Source: an uncultured delta proteobacterium (GTDB lineage Bacteria > Desulfobacterota > Binatia > UBA9968). From it: DNA of 64,000 nt. The stretch is from the NCBI GenBank assembly GCA_963728565.1, contig CAVSLC010000014.1:78030-142029 (forward strand), given 5' to 3'. Below, piece by piece: positions 10,513-20,898 of this stretch (position 1 is the stretch's first letter; every line of letters starts with the position of its first letter). Under the pieces are notes generated by a model. That model saw only the letters and a program-made list of their open reading frames with translations. It was not told where the DNA came from and did not search any database. The position numbers and the translations under genes are program-made.

Positions 10513-11973
10513 ATGAACTTATTCGCACGCAAACCAACCGAAGACTCAGCATCGGCCGGAGACCGATCCGGTACGCAGCAAACAGAGCCGTCAACGCCTG
10601 TGAGCTGGAAAGATTTTGGCGCGGCTCAACAACGGGAAGCCGATGAAAATCGATCGAGCACAATTTGGCAGCGGCAACATCGATCGTTCTATCTGCCGGT
10701 CAAAGGCAAGTTCGCTCTGTCCACGGCTTTTGCTTGCGCATGGGTTTTTCTATCCTGGAATCTCGCCCAGCCTTGGCTAAACGAGCTCGCCAATGATATC
10801 GGGCACGCGCCGGCTGTGGTGATTATTTTCTTTATCGCGCTGTTTCCCGGTTTCTTGAATGCGCACATCATCTCGAGTGTCATCCTGGACCGGCCGCCTG
10901 AGCTCCGCTTCGATATAGAGTATCCGCCGATTAACCTCTTGATTGCCGCTTACAATGAAGCTCAAGAGATTGCCGAAACCATTCGCGGTATAAAGGGACA
11001 GGACTACCCCGGCCGGATAGATATCATCGTGGTCGATGACGGTTCCACGGATAACACTACCGCCATTCTCAACTCCTTCGATTTGCCCAATCTGAAAATT
11101 ATTCGGGCGAATCACGGCGGCAAGGCAAAGGCGCTTAACGAAGGACTCAATCATGTAAGTCACGATATCATCGTTTGTATCGATGCGGATACTTTCCTTC
11201 AGCCGGAAGCATTGAAGCGACTCGTCGCCCGCTTTTTGAGTGATCCGCAGGGCACGGCGGCGGTTGCGGGATGCGTGCTTGTAAAAAATTCTCGCGATAC
11301 TTTTATGACACGGCTACAGGAGTGGGATTACTTTACCGGGATTGCATCGGCTAAACGTCAACAATCTTTATATCAGGGAACGTTGGTTGCCCAAGGAGCC
11401 TTTAGCGCCTTCAACAGCAAGGTTGTCAAGGCGCACAAAGGTTGGCCCTCGGTTATAGGAGAGGACATCGTGCTGACCTGGGCGCTCATCAAAAGCGGCT
11501 GGCGTATTGGTTTTGAGCCGACCGCCATTGGCTTTACCGCCGCGCCGACGACCCTAAAGGGTTTTTTCCGTCAGAGAAAACGCTGGGCGCGAGGCATGAT
11601 CGAAGGATTAAAGCAGCACGGTCATTTGATCTGGAGCAGTTCTCGATTGTCAGCTTTTTTCGTCGGGATTGATTTCGTCATCCCGCTGATGGACTTGTTC
11701 TATACGTTTGTATTTCTACCCGGCATCATTTTAGCCCTCTTCGGCTACTACTATATCGTCGGTCCGACCACGTTGCTGGTTCTACCGATGGCGTTTTTGA
11801 TCGTGTTCTTTATGTATCGAAAACAGCAAGTCGTCTTTAAAACACTCAGTCTTCGGGTGCGACAAAATTTCGCCGGCTTTATCGTGTACATGCTTATCTA
11901 TCAGATAATCATGTCCCCGATCTGTGTTATCGGCTATGTCCAAGAACTACTCGGAACTGCCAAACGGTGGTAA
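10513..11973 (+). CDS. Processive GT2 glycosyltransferase (PgaC/IcaA-like)
   Basis: DDGS, DAD, ED and QRKRW (D,D,D,QxxRW) motifs, with N- and C-terminal transmembrane helices. Confidence 0.88.
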   Translation: MNLFARKPTEDSASAGDRSGTQQTEPSTPVSWKDFGAAQQREADENRSSTIWQRQHRSFYLPVKGKFALSTAFACAWVFLSWNLAQPWLNELANDIGHAPAVVIIFFIALFPGFLNAHIISSVILDRPPELRFDIEYPPINLLIAAYNEAQEIAETIRGIKGQDYPGRIDIIVVDDGSTDNTTAILNSFDLPNLKIIRANHGGKAKALNEGLNHVSHDIIVCIDADTFLQPEALKRLVARFLSDPQGTAAVAGCVLVKNSRDTFMTRLQEWDYFTGIASAKRQQSLYQGTLVAQGAFSAFNSKVVKAHKGWPSVIGEDIVLTWALIKSGWRIGFEPTAIGFTAAPTTLKGFFRQRKRWARGMIEGLKQHGHLIWSSSRLSAFFVGIDFVIPLMDLFYTFVFLPGIILALFGYYYIVGPTTLLVLPMAFLIVFFMYRKQQVVFKTLSLRVRQNFAGFIVYMLIYQIIMSPICVIGYVQELLGTAKRW

Positions 11974-12104
11974 CAGATGCGCCACTGCATGGCGTATCCT
12001 GAATAACGCCGCTCCCGAAATAAATCAGAATCTCGCCGGCAAGTAGATCTAAGCTTCAATTCAACGGGCCCAAACCACAGAAAAATGTGGACCACTGAAA
12101 ACGT

Positions 12105-13745
12105 TTGTGGCATTTTAGCGAATCTACTTACTTTCAGTACCTTGAGGAAACTTTGATCGAATCAAAACTAATTGATCGCGTTCTACGACGGCATAGGGCC
12201 ATATTCGCAGCGACTTTGACAATGATGATAATATTCATGTCATGTTCGCCGATGCTGGCCGCCGAGTCGGCCGATTCTGTTGATGAGCTGCAGAGTAGGA
12301 TTAAAGCCACATCCGACCGATCGACTTTAGCCAGACTGCACAAGCAGCTGGGCGATCGATATATAGCTCAAGACCGGATCGCGGATGCGGCTGAGGCGTA
12401 CGGTGATGCGCTGGAAACTGACCCGGATCAATTCTCAAGTGCAGAACGAGTGCGAATGGCTATCTATCTCTCGTGGGCGGATAAGTTAAAACGGTCGGAG
12501 CGCGAGCTTAGAGCGGTGCTTGATCGGGAACCGAAACACCAGGAAGCGCGCACTCATCTGGCGCGGGTACTATCCTGGCAAGGTGAGCTGTCTGAAGCCA
12601 TTGAAGAGGCCGACAACGTACTTAAGGAGCATCCAAATGATCGGGAAGCCTCACTGATCAAAGCCGATGCGTTGCAATGGCGAGGAAACTACAGCGAGGC
12701 AATTCCGCTATACAGGCAACTCGGCGCAAACGATAACTTCGATGCGCGGGTTGGGCTCTCCCGGTCTCTTCTTGCGACGGGAAACCGGACTGGTTCCTTA
12801 GAAATCATGAGCTCATTGAAACCCGGCAATGCTCGACAAGAGCGGGAGTTGATAAAATTGCGGGAATCCATCGATCAGGAGACTCGACCTTCTTTAGATG
12901 CCCGTTACAATTATTTCAGTGATTCCGACGACAACCGCCTGAACCGCTACTCGCTTTCATCGAATTTCTCAATTGGCAATCAGAAACTCGGCGTGACCTT
13001 CAGGCACACAGATGCCGAGGACGAGACACGAGACAATCGAGCTGAGGACCTGTCGTTCCGAGTTTATACCAATCCGACGGAGCGGCTTATCCTTGGCGGC
13101 GGCTTGGGGTTCACTCAACTCCGGGATGGCCGAACCTCAACCTTCCCGACCGGTCACTTAAGAATTGAAACGAAGCTATTTAGAGGCGCCGCCGGCGCTA
13201 CCGTGCATCGGGAGGTTCTCAGTGAGACGGCTGAACTGATCGAGAATCGTATACGGATGACAGATGCCGGGTTTTACCTATCGCAACCTCTAACCGATCG
13301 AATAACCGTCTATGCCGGTTACAACTACAAGGATTTCTCTGACGGCAACCACGCCAACGATGTGCGACTGGTGTCCCAATACGCGCTGTATTTTAATCCG
13401 CGCATTGCCATCGGTCACCGATTTCGCTTCCTGGACTTTCATACGCAAAGCCGCAGCGGGTTTTTCGATCCCAGCAACTACATCGCCAACCGCGTTTTCA
13501 CTTCCTATTGGTTAGAACGGGACAAATATTACACCTATCTCGAAGGTTATTTTGGCTACGAAACTTTTCGTAGAAACCGCGTTGCCTCCGACAACTTCAT
13601 CTACGGCGGCTCCGGCAGTATCGGCTTTAAGCCGATTTCTACTTTGGCTATAGAGTTTAACGCCGAAGGTGGCACCTTCGCCGCCGGCTCAGCATCCGGC
13701 TTCAACTATTTCGTTATCGGCCCGAGAGTTCTGTTCAGATTCTAA
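12105..13745 (+). CDS. TPR plus outer-membrane beta-barrel protein (PgaA/YaiO-like export porin); true start probably downstream (about 12222)
   Basis: Signal-peptide-like stretch, TPR repeats (ARTHLARVLSWQG), an amphipathic beta-strand C-terminal half and a terminal Phe. Confidence 0.75.
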   Translation: MWHFSESTYFQYLEETLIESKLIDRVLRRHRAIFAATLTMMIIFMSCSPMLAAESADSVDELQSRIKATSDRSTLARLHKQLGDRYIAQDRIADAAEAYGDALETDPDQFSSAERVRMAIYLSWADKLKRSERELRAVLDREPKHQEARTHLARVLSWQGELSEAIEEADNVLKEHPNDREASLIKADALQWRGNYSEAIPLYRQLGANDNFDARVGLSRSLLATGNRTGSLEIMSSLKPGNARQERELIKLRESIDQETRPSLDARYNYFSDSDDNRLNRYSLSSNFSIGNQKLGVTFRHTDAEDETRDNRAEDLSFRVYTNPTERLILGGGLGFTQLRDGRTSTFPTGHLRIETKLFRGAAGATVHREVLSETAELIENRIRMTDAGFYLSQPLTDRITVYAGYNYKDFSDGNHANDVRLVSQYALYFNPRIAIGHRFRFLDFHTQSRSGFFDPSNYIANRVFTSYWLERDKYYTYLEGYFGYETFRRNRVASDNFIYGGSGSIGFKPISTLAIEFNAEGGTFAAGSASGFNYFVIGPRVLFRF

Positions 13746-14053
13746 GTCGCCGCACCTCGCTGACAGGATGATGCCGCGATTCTCAGCTAGCCCCAAGCGC
13801 TCGATCTCCCATTAGCCTTTCTCTGCCGTTGCGGAAACACTCGCCAAATGGCGGAGTTCTTTCCGACCAAAGCGCAGAGCACATTCAAAACGGAAATAGC
13901 GGCCAGGTATCTTGGTCGCGTCTCGCAGGGAAGTTTTGCGACGGAGTAGTTTTACAAAGCCGTCAATCTTGATAAGAAAAGATTCAGTGGAGCTTCGGTC
14001 CGGCGAAACGCCAACGACGACGTTTTTTTCACCGGGCTGATCTCGTCTTTTGA

Positions 14054-15181
<1,128 letters not shown>

Positions 15182-15289
15182 TAGCGCCGGGTTTAAGCTT
15201 ACGGAAGCCTGCTAGAATCAGTCTGATATAAATCCAGTGCGTGATCACGGCGGGGCTGAATTCGGGCTGCTTTGCTTCAGGCAAACGGC

Positions 15290-15318
15290 TTGCAGTTTAG
15301 ACGAATTCTTTCTATAAG
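15290..15318 (+). promoter_or_regulatory. sigma70-type promoter candidate for the Mo-hydroxylase subunit operon
   Basis: TTGCAG-17 nt-TATAAG. Confidence 0.5.
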
Positions 15319-15381
15319 TTAGGCCCAGTACTTATCCGCATCACTACAAACCATTTCGAAAATTGTGTGAAAGGGACCGCG

Positions 15382-15849
15382 ATGGAGAAGAAAATCAAAC
15401 TGCGCGTGAATGGCAAAAAGCATGAGCTTGAGGTTCCGACCAATCGATTATTGATCGACTGTTTGCGTTACGACTTGGGTTTGACCGGTACCAAGGAGGG
15501 ATGCAGCGTTGGAGTCTGCGGCGCATGCACGGTGTTGATGGATGATGAAATGATCAGTGCTTGTATCACGCTCGCGGTAATGGCCGATGGGCACGAGATC
15601 ACGACGGTCGAAGGTCTTGCCCAAAACGGTGAGCTTCATCCGGTGCAAAAGAGCTTTATCCAGTACGGCGGTTTTCAGTGCGGCATCTGCACTCCCGGGC
15701 AGGTGGTTGCTGCTAAGGCTTTGCTCGACGAAAATCCCAAACCGACCGAGGACGAGATCAAGGATTGGATGATGGGCAATCTTTGCCGTTGCACCGGTTA
15801 CTACAAGATCATCGAATCGATTCAAAAGGCGCACCAGTTCGCAAGATAA
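15382..15849 (+). CDS. Xanthine dehydrogenase/CO dehydrogenase-family small [2Fe-2S] subunit (CoxS/CutS-like)
   Basis: KEGCSVGVCGACTV, QCGICTPG and NLCRCTGY motifs. Confidence 0.93.
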   Translation: MEKKIKLRVNGKKHELEVPTNRLLIDCLRYDLGLTGTKEGCSVGVCGACTVLMDDEMISACITLAVMADGHEITTVEGLAQNGELHPVQKSFIQYGGFQCGICTPGQVVAAKALLDENPKPTEDEIKDWMMGNLCRCTGYYKIIESIQKAHQFAR

Positions 15850-15859
15850 GGACACAGCC

Positions 15860-16804
15860 ATGATACCCTTTGAATATCGTACGCCTAAAAGTCTCAAGGA
15901 AGTGCACGCGACGTTAAAAGAATTCGGATCCGACGCGAAGCTCATCGCCGGCGGCACCTCGCTGGTGATCATGATGAGGCAGCGGTTGGTCAGGCCCAGC
16001 TGTCTGGTGAGCTTACGGTCCGTGCGAGGGCTGAACAGCATTGAGATTCATGATGGCGGCACCCGGATCGGCGGCTTGGCCACACATCGCGAAGTGGAGT
16101 CGTCCTCTTTGCTGCGCCGCAGATTGCCATTACTCGCGGAAACGTATCACCATGTTGCGACGATTCGGATTCGTAACATGGCCACTGTCGGCGGCGGATT
16201 AGCCCACGCTGATCCCAACCAGGATCCTCCTCCCACTTTGATTGCCCTTGGGGCTACGGTGAAGGCAACATCGGCCGACGGGAGCCGGGTCCTTCCCCTA
16301 GATGAGTTTTTTACTGACTACTATGAAACCGTTCTCAAACCGGATGAAATCGTCACCGAAGTGTTCATTCCCAAAATGGCGCCCAACAGCGCCGGCGCCT
16401 ATTTGAAATTTCTGCCGCGCACCGCGGATGATTATGCAACCGTTTCCGCGGCCGCGGTGCTCACTCTGGATAAAACTAGAAGGACGATCAATGACGTGCG
16501 CATTGCCTTAGGCAGTGTCGGAGTGACCCCGATCAGAGCCACGGCGGCGGAAGCCGTCTTGCGCGGCCAACCTCTAAAAGCGGAAGCTTTTGCCGAGGCC
16601 GGAGAAAAGGCCAAAGAGGCGGTTGATCCAGTAAGCGATTTCCGTGGCTCTGCTGCATATAAAAAGGAAATGGCTGGGGTGTTCGTTCGGCGCGCGCTGG
16701 AGAAAGCTTTGGCCAACCTGCGTCAGCAAGCTAAACCGAAGCCTGCTCTGAAGGCCATCAAGAAGGCCATCAAAAAGGCCGTCAAGAAAGGGAAAAAACG
16801 TTGA
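15860..16804 (+). CDS. Xanthine dehydrogenase/CODH-family FAD-binding medium subunit (CoxM/CutM-like) with Lys/Ala-rich tail
   Basis: IAGGTSL, IRNMATVGGGLAHADP and DFRGSAAYK motifs. Confidence 0.93.
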   Translation: MIPFEYRTPKSLKEVHATLKEFGSDAKLIAGGTSLVIMMRQRLVRPSCLVSLRSVRGLNSIEIHDGGTRIGGLATHREVESSSLLRRRLPLLAETYHHVATIRIRNMATVGGGLAHADPNQDPPPTLIALGATVKATSADGSRVLPLDEFFTDYYETVLKPDEIVTEVFIPKMAPNSAGAYLKFLPRTADDYATVSAAAVLTLDKTRRTINDVRIALGSVGVTPIRATAAEAVLRGQPLKAEAFAEAGEKAKEAVDPVSDFRGSAAYKKEMAGVFVRRALEKALANLRQQAKPKPALKAIKKAIKKAVKKGKKR

Positions 16805-17250
16805 AATTCACTCAGAGTGCGCAGATCCCCGTTGCCCGCGAACCGCTTTGGGAGTTTCTCATGGATGTTCCGAAAGTGGCCAAATCGCTCCCGGGCGTGG
16901 AGTCGGTCCGCAAAATCGATGATAAGACCTATGAAGGAGCTCTGACGGTCCGAGTAGGACCGATCAAACTGAACCTGCAGGGCAAGATTATCGTTGAAGA
17001 GCAAAGCAAAGAGAATTGGCGCGCAGCGCTGCGGGCGGAAGCCAAAGATCGAATGGCCGCAGGCGCCGTTAACGGGAAAACCAACATGGTGTTAAAGGAA
17101 CTCGGCGCCAATCAAACCGAGTTGTTAGTCGACACCGATGTCAACATACTCGGCAAGATCGGTGAATTTGGCCAGCCGATTATTAGAAAAAAAGCGGACT
17201 CTATGCTCAAAGAGTTCGTTGAAAATATCAAGAAGCAACTAACTGCCTAG
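16801..17250 (+). CDS. CoxG/SRPBCC-family protein
   Basis: VRVGPIKL...GKIGEFGQPIIRKKAD pattern, located after the CoxM-like gene with an overlapping start. Confidence 0.88.
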   Translation: MKFTQSAQIPVAREPLWEFLMDVPKVAKSLPGVESVRKIDDKTYEGALTVRVGPIKLNLQGKIIVEEQSKENWRAALRAEAKDRMAAGAVNGKTNMVLKELGANQTELLVDTDVNILGKIGEFGQPIIRKKADSMLKEFVENIKKQLTA

Positions 17251-17295
17251 TGGCCGGCCGCTTTCGATAACGCGACGGATTCATTACGTGAGTTT

Positions 17296-17328
17296 CCTGA
17301 CGCGGAGCAAAACTCCCTGACGCGGAGC
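17296..17328. repeat. 13-bp direct repeat CCTGACGCGGAGC x2 inside an inverted-repeat frame
   Basis: Copies at 17296-17308 and 17316-17328, flanked by GCGACG (17272) and CGTCGC (17341). Confidence 0.7.
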
Positions 17329-17373
17329 GTCATTGATACTCGTCGCTGACAAGCCGAATGGCCAGCCTGTGAA

Positions 17374-18135
17374 CTAACGATGCTTCCAATTGGGCGTCCT
17401 TTTTTCTAGGAATGCCCGGACTCCCTCATCGACGTCCTCAGTGTGCAACAGTTCATGGCAGTAGATTTCCTCGGATCGGTTAAGCGCGCCGGAAAAATCT
17501 CGCAAAGACAACTCTCGTAAGCCCTTCAGCGCAATCCGCATTACGGCTCCGCTTTTTGAAAGAAGTTCGTCGAGTAACGATGTCACACCGTCGTCGAATT
17601 GATCTTCCGCAAAGACACGGTTGATCAATCCAACGTCAAGCGCTTCTCGGGCGCTATAGCGCCGTCCGGTAAGAATCATTTCGGCGGCGCGATGGTATCC
17701 GATCAGCGTAGAGAAACGCGCTAGCGCAACCGGCGGATAACAACCCACATGTATCTCGGGGGTGGCAAATGAGCTGTTTTCCGATGCGACGATAAAGTCA
17801 CAGCAAGTTGCAAGCTCGCAACCGCCGCCGAAACATACTCCCCGAACCGCTGCGATGGTAACCTGTGGCAGACCCAACAGCTTGCGAATGACCCGGTGTA
17901 CGATCTCGAGCATCTCGGGAACCTTTTCCCGGGTGTGATCGCGAACATCCACGCCGGCAGAAAAGGCGCGTGTGCCGGCGCCCCGGAGGACGACGACGTC
18001 GGTTGTGCCATCCGCAGTGCATGCCGATAGTTCTTGGTCTAGATCTCGCAACAATTCGATACCGAGAACGTTTACGGGCGGATGCTCAATGGTAATGGAG
18101 GTTACCCGCGATTTCTTTTCTTTATCTAACCCCAT
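17374..18135 (-). CDS. Enoyl-CoA hydratase/isomerase (crotonase family)
   Basis: AFSAGVD, GGGCELA, PEIHVG and EGVRAFLEKR motifs. Confidence 0.92.
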   Translation of the reverse strand: MGLDKEKKSRVTSITIEHPPVNVLGIELLRDLDQELSACTADGTTDVVVLRGAGTRAFSAGVDVRDHTREKVPEMLEIVHRVIRKLLGLPQVTIAAVRGVCFGGGCELATCCDFIVASENSSFATPEIHVGCYPPVALARFSTLIGYHRAAEMILTGRRYSAREALDVGLINRVFAEDQFDDGVTSLLDELLSKSGAVMRIALKGLRELSLRDFSGALNRSEEIYCHELLHTEDVDEGVRAFLEKRTPNWKHR

Positions 18136-18224
18136 GTCATCCCTATACCGTTGAATGTGACAAAAGGCGAGTCAGTCACCTGTGTAACGAATGGGATAGA
18201 AGGATACATCTCGACAAATCTGGT

Positions 18225-18253
18225 TTGACAAAGAAAACACCGCAACCTAGACT
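18225..18253 (+). promoter_or_regulatory. sigma70 promoter for the OmpA-family gene
   Basis: TTGACA-17 nt-TAGACT, followed by an AAGGAGG RBS. Confidence 0.65.
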
Positions 18254-18283
18254 TACGGTTTCGAGCTCTTAAGGAGGGCTTCT

Positions 18284-19045
18284 ATGAGACACTCACGAGT
18301 GATCGCCGCGGCTTTTGCCGTCTGGTTTGCGCTGGCACTGAAACCGGCTTCCGCGGCCCCGGATGAGTATGATGACAGCCAGTCTCATCCATTGAGAATC
18401 GTCGCGTATTTGCTTCACCCGGCCGCATGGTTGGTCGAACAAGTAGTTTTTCGGCCTTTTCATTTTCTCGTTAGCGCGAATGAGCCAATGGAGGAAATCT
18501 TCGGCCATCGACCGCATCCGCCGGTTCTGGCCGAGCCACAGCCCAATCGAGATTACGGCATGCCTAGACGCGCACCGGTGAAACCAGCACCGCCTCCGCC
18601 GGTTGCAGCCGTCACTCAAGAACCTGTGCGTGAGATCGTCAAAATCGTCGAAGTCCCCAAGGAAACGATCGTCTATAGGGACGTTCAAAAAGTGGTTGAA
18701 GTGGAGAAGTTCGTGTTTCCGGGAATCGCTTTTCAGTTCGATTCGGCCGAGCTCACTGACTGGGGAAAGGGCAACGTATATCTGGCGGCGGAGAAACTTA
18801 AGACAAAAGGCGATATCTCCGTGGTCATCGAGGGGCATACCGATGAGGTAGGTAGTGCGGAATACAACAAAAGCCTCGGACTGCGCCGGGCGCAGCGTGT
18901 CATGACGGAGTTAACCGCTTTAGGGGTTGATCAAGCGAGAATTTCGACAGTGACTCAAGGAGAGGAGAAGCCTTTGATCAACCAACCGACGGCATGGGCG
19001 CGTGCGGTAAATCGACGAGTAGAGTTCGAGGTCAGAGGGAAATAG
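18284..19045 (+). CDS. OmpA-C (peptidoglycan-binding) domain protein with uncharacterised N-terminal domain
   Basis: Signal peptide, Pro-rich linker, and FQFDSAEL, EGHTDEVG..YN..L..RRA and NRRVE motifs. Confidence 0.88.
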   Translation: MRHSRVIAAAFAVWFALALKPASAAPDEYDDSQSHPLRIVAYLLHPAAWLVEQVVFRPFHFLVSANEPMEEIFGHRPHPPVLAEPQPNRDYGMPRRAPVKPAPPPPVAAVTQEPVREIVKIVEVPKETIVYRDVQKVVEVEKFVFPGIAFQFDSAELTDWGKGNVYLAAEKLKTKGDISVVIEGHTDEVGSAEYNKSLGLRRAQRVMTELTALGVDQARISTVTQGEEKPLINQPTAWARAVNRRVEFEVRGK

Positions 19046-19063
19046 GATAAACTTCAATCGTAG

Positions 19064-19094
19064 AAGGCCCAGCCTCAAGCTGGGCCTTTTTTTT
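19064..19094 (+). terminator. Intrinsic terminator
   Basis: AAGGCCCAGC-CTCAA-GCTGGGCCTT stem-loop followed by a T run. Confidence 0.85.
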
Positions 19095-19114
19095 GGTACC
19101 AGCACTATGGTTAA

Positions 19115-19732
19115 ATGAGTTACAAGCTCCGCGACACCTACTATAAAAAGGCCAAACAACAAGGCTACCGCTCTCGCGCGGCTTATAAGCTGCTTGAGCT
19201 GCAGGAGCGTTTTCGCATCTTTAAAACGGGCCAGTTAATTGTCGATTTGGGCGCGGCGCCGGGCGGCTGGATTCAAGTGGCGGCAACGCTGGTCGGTCCC
19301 AGCGGTAAAGTCCTTGGCGTGGATCTTCAGCCGATCGAGGCGTTTCACCAGAAGAACATCATCGTCATACAAGGTGACATTAGCGCGACAGAAACAGAGC
19401 AGCGAATCATGGAATATTTAGGCCGTCCTGCTGACAGCGTCATCTCTGACCTCGCGCCTAAGTTGACCGGCATCCGTGATACGGATGAAGCGCGCTCCTT
19501 GGAATTGAACCGCACAGCCATGGAAGTAGCAAACCGACTGCTTAGAGCAGGCGGCAGCTTTCTCATCAAGAGCTTCGTCAGTGAAGAACTTCGAATCTTT
19601 TCCGCGGAACTGGAAAAGCAATTTGGCTCGGTTCAGCGTACCCGGCCTGATGCTAGCCGGAAAGGATCATCTGAAATTTATTTTTTCGCTAAGGATTACC
19701 GGCCCAGGTCGCAGGATAGCGGACTACGGTAA
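19115..19732 (+). CDS. rlmE: 23S rRNA Um2552 methyltransferase
   Basis: GYRSRAAYKL, DLGAAPGGW, SDLAP and ASRKGSSEIY motifs. Confidence 0.95.
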   Translation: MSYKLRDTYYKKAKQQGYRSRAAYKLLELQERFRIFKTGQLIVDLGAAPGGWIQVAATLVGPSGKVLGVDLQPIEAFHQKNIIVIQGDISATETEQRIMEYLGRPADSVISDLAPKLTGIRDTDEARSLELNRTAMEVANRLLRAGGSFLIKSFVSEELRIFSAELEKQFGSVQRTRPDASRKGSSEIYFFAKDYRPRSQDSGLR

Positions 19733-19824
19733 TGTCAAAAAGGACGACGACAGAACCAGGCGTAACACGGCGAGGGCGGTGACTTGTTGCCAGAGGGGCG
19801 CCGTGAACCAGTCTAAATCGGCAG

Positions 19825-20826
19825 ATGGCAATATCGCAATTAAGAAAAGACCCAGTTGTCGACCGCTGGGTGATCATCGCCACTGAACGAAGCAAGCGTC
19901 CTCATGCTAACCGAACAAGGACAGAGTCCGGCCGAGACGAACCATGTCCTTTCTGCGCCGGCAGGGAGGGGAACACGCCACCTGAAGTTCTTGCCTATCG
20001 TGATCCATCGACTCCAGCCAATACGCCCGGTTGGCGAGTCAGGGTCGTACCTAATAAGTATCCAGCTCTGGACAGTAGGGGAGACATCTCTCTACCAACC
20101 GGTTCGGCCTACGTTGCTGTGGGCGGAGTCGGCGCTCACGAAGTAATCATTGAGAGTCCGAAACATTGCCTGAGCATGGCGGAGTTGGCTGAGGGACAGA
20201 TTGACGACGTCTTGCGAGCGTATCGAGAACGTCTGATTGTTCTCCAGAACGATCGCGCTGGAAATCGATTCTTATTTACAAAAACCAAGGAAGGGCGGCG
20301 GGTGCGACCCTGGAGCATGTCCATTCGCAACTACTGGCAATGTCCATAGTTCCGCGTGAGATAGACCACGAGTGGCGCGCACTGGTCTCCCATCATGATA
20401 TCGACGAAGAGCTGCCTCTATTGCGAGATGCTTGACAGGGAGCGCTCGGATGGGCGCCGCATAGTACTTGAGAGCGCGGCGTTCATTGGCTTCTGCCCAT
20501 TCGCGTCTCGATTTCCCTTTGAAATCTGGCTTATGCCTAAAGAACACTCGCCCATGTTTGATTCGGTAGCGAACGACGAGCTCCGCCAACTCGCGTTCAT
20601 GCTACGGCAATCCTTACAGCGCCTTGCCGCTATTGTCGATGCACCGCTTAATTACGTGCTTCATTCGGCGCCACTCAAAGAAGCGAAGCGCGAACACTAT
20701 CACTGGCACCTCGAGATTTTGCCAAGAATTTCTAAAATCGCCGGGTTTGAGTTGGCGTCCGGCTATTATATCAATACCGTGGCGCCGGAAAGCGCGGCAC
20801 GGCAACTGCGCGAGCTTGCGCTCTAA
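19825..20826 (+). CDS. galT: Galactose-1-phosphate uridylyltransferase (GalT-like), with two compensating frameshifts as assembled
   Basis: CPFC, RVVPNKYPAL and HEVIIESP motifs. The HVHSQ active-site motif is in a shifted frame (about 20257-20400). The C-terminal HWHLEILPR..AGFE returns to the original frame. Confidence 0.85.
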
Positions 20827-20898
20827 CGGCTTGCCGTCTGAGTTTCGGGCACATCGTTTAAGGGCGTAATTCAATTGAATTCCGCCCAGGAGTACGGC

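Noticed and set aside
15382-17250. Aerobic CO dehydrogenase call
   Set aside because: The diagnostic large subunit (AYXCSFR motif) is absent, so the substrate cannot be assigned.
20827-20898. Tn7-like insertion at the attTn7 site downstream of glmS
   Set aside because: Only 72 bp separate glmS from galT, with no transposon ends or tns genes, so the site appears empty.
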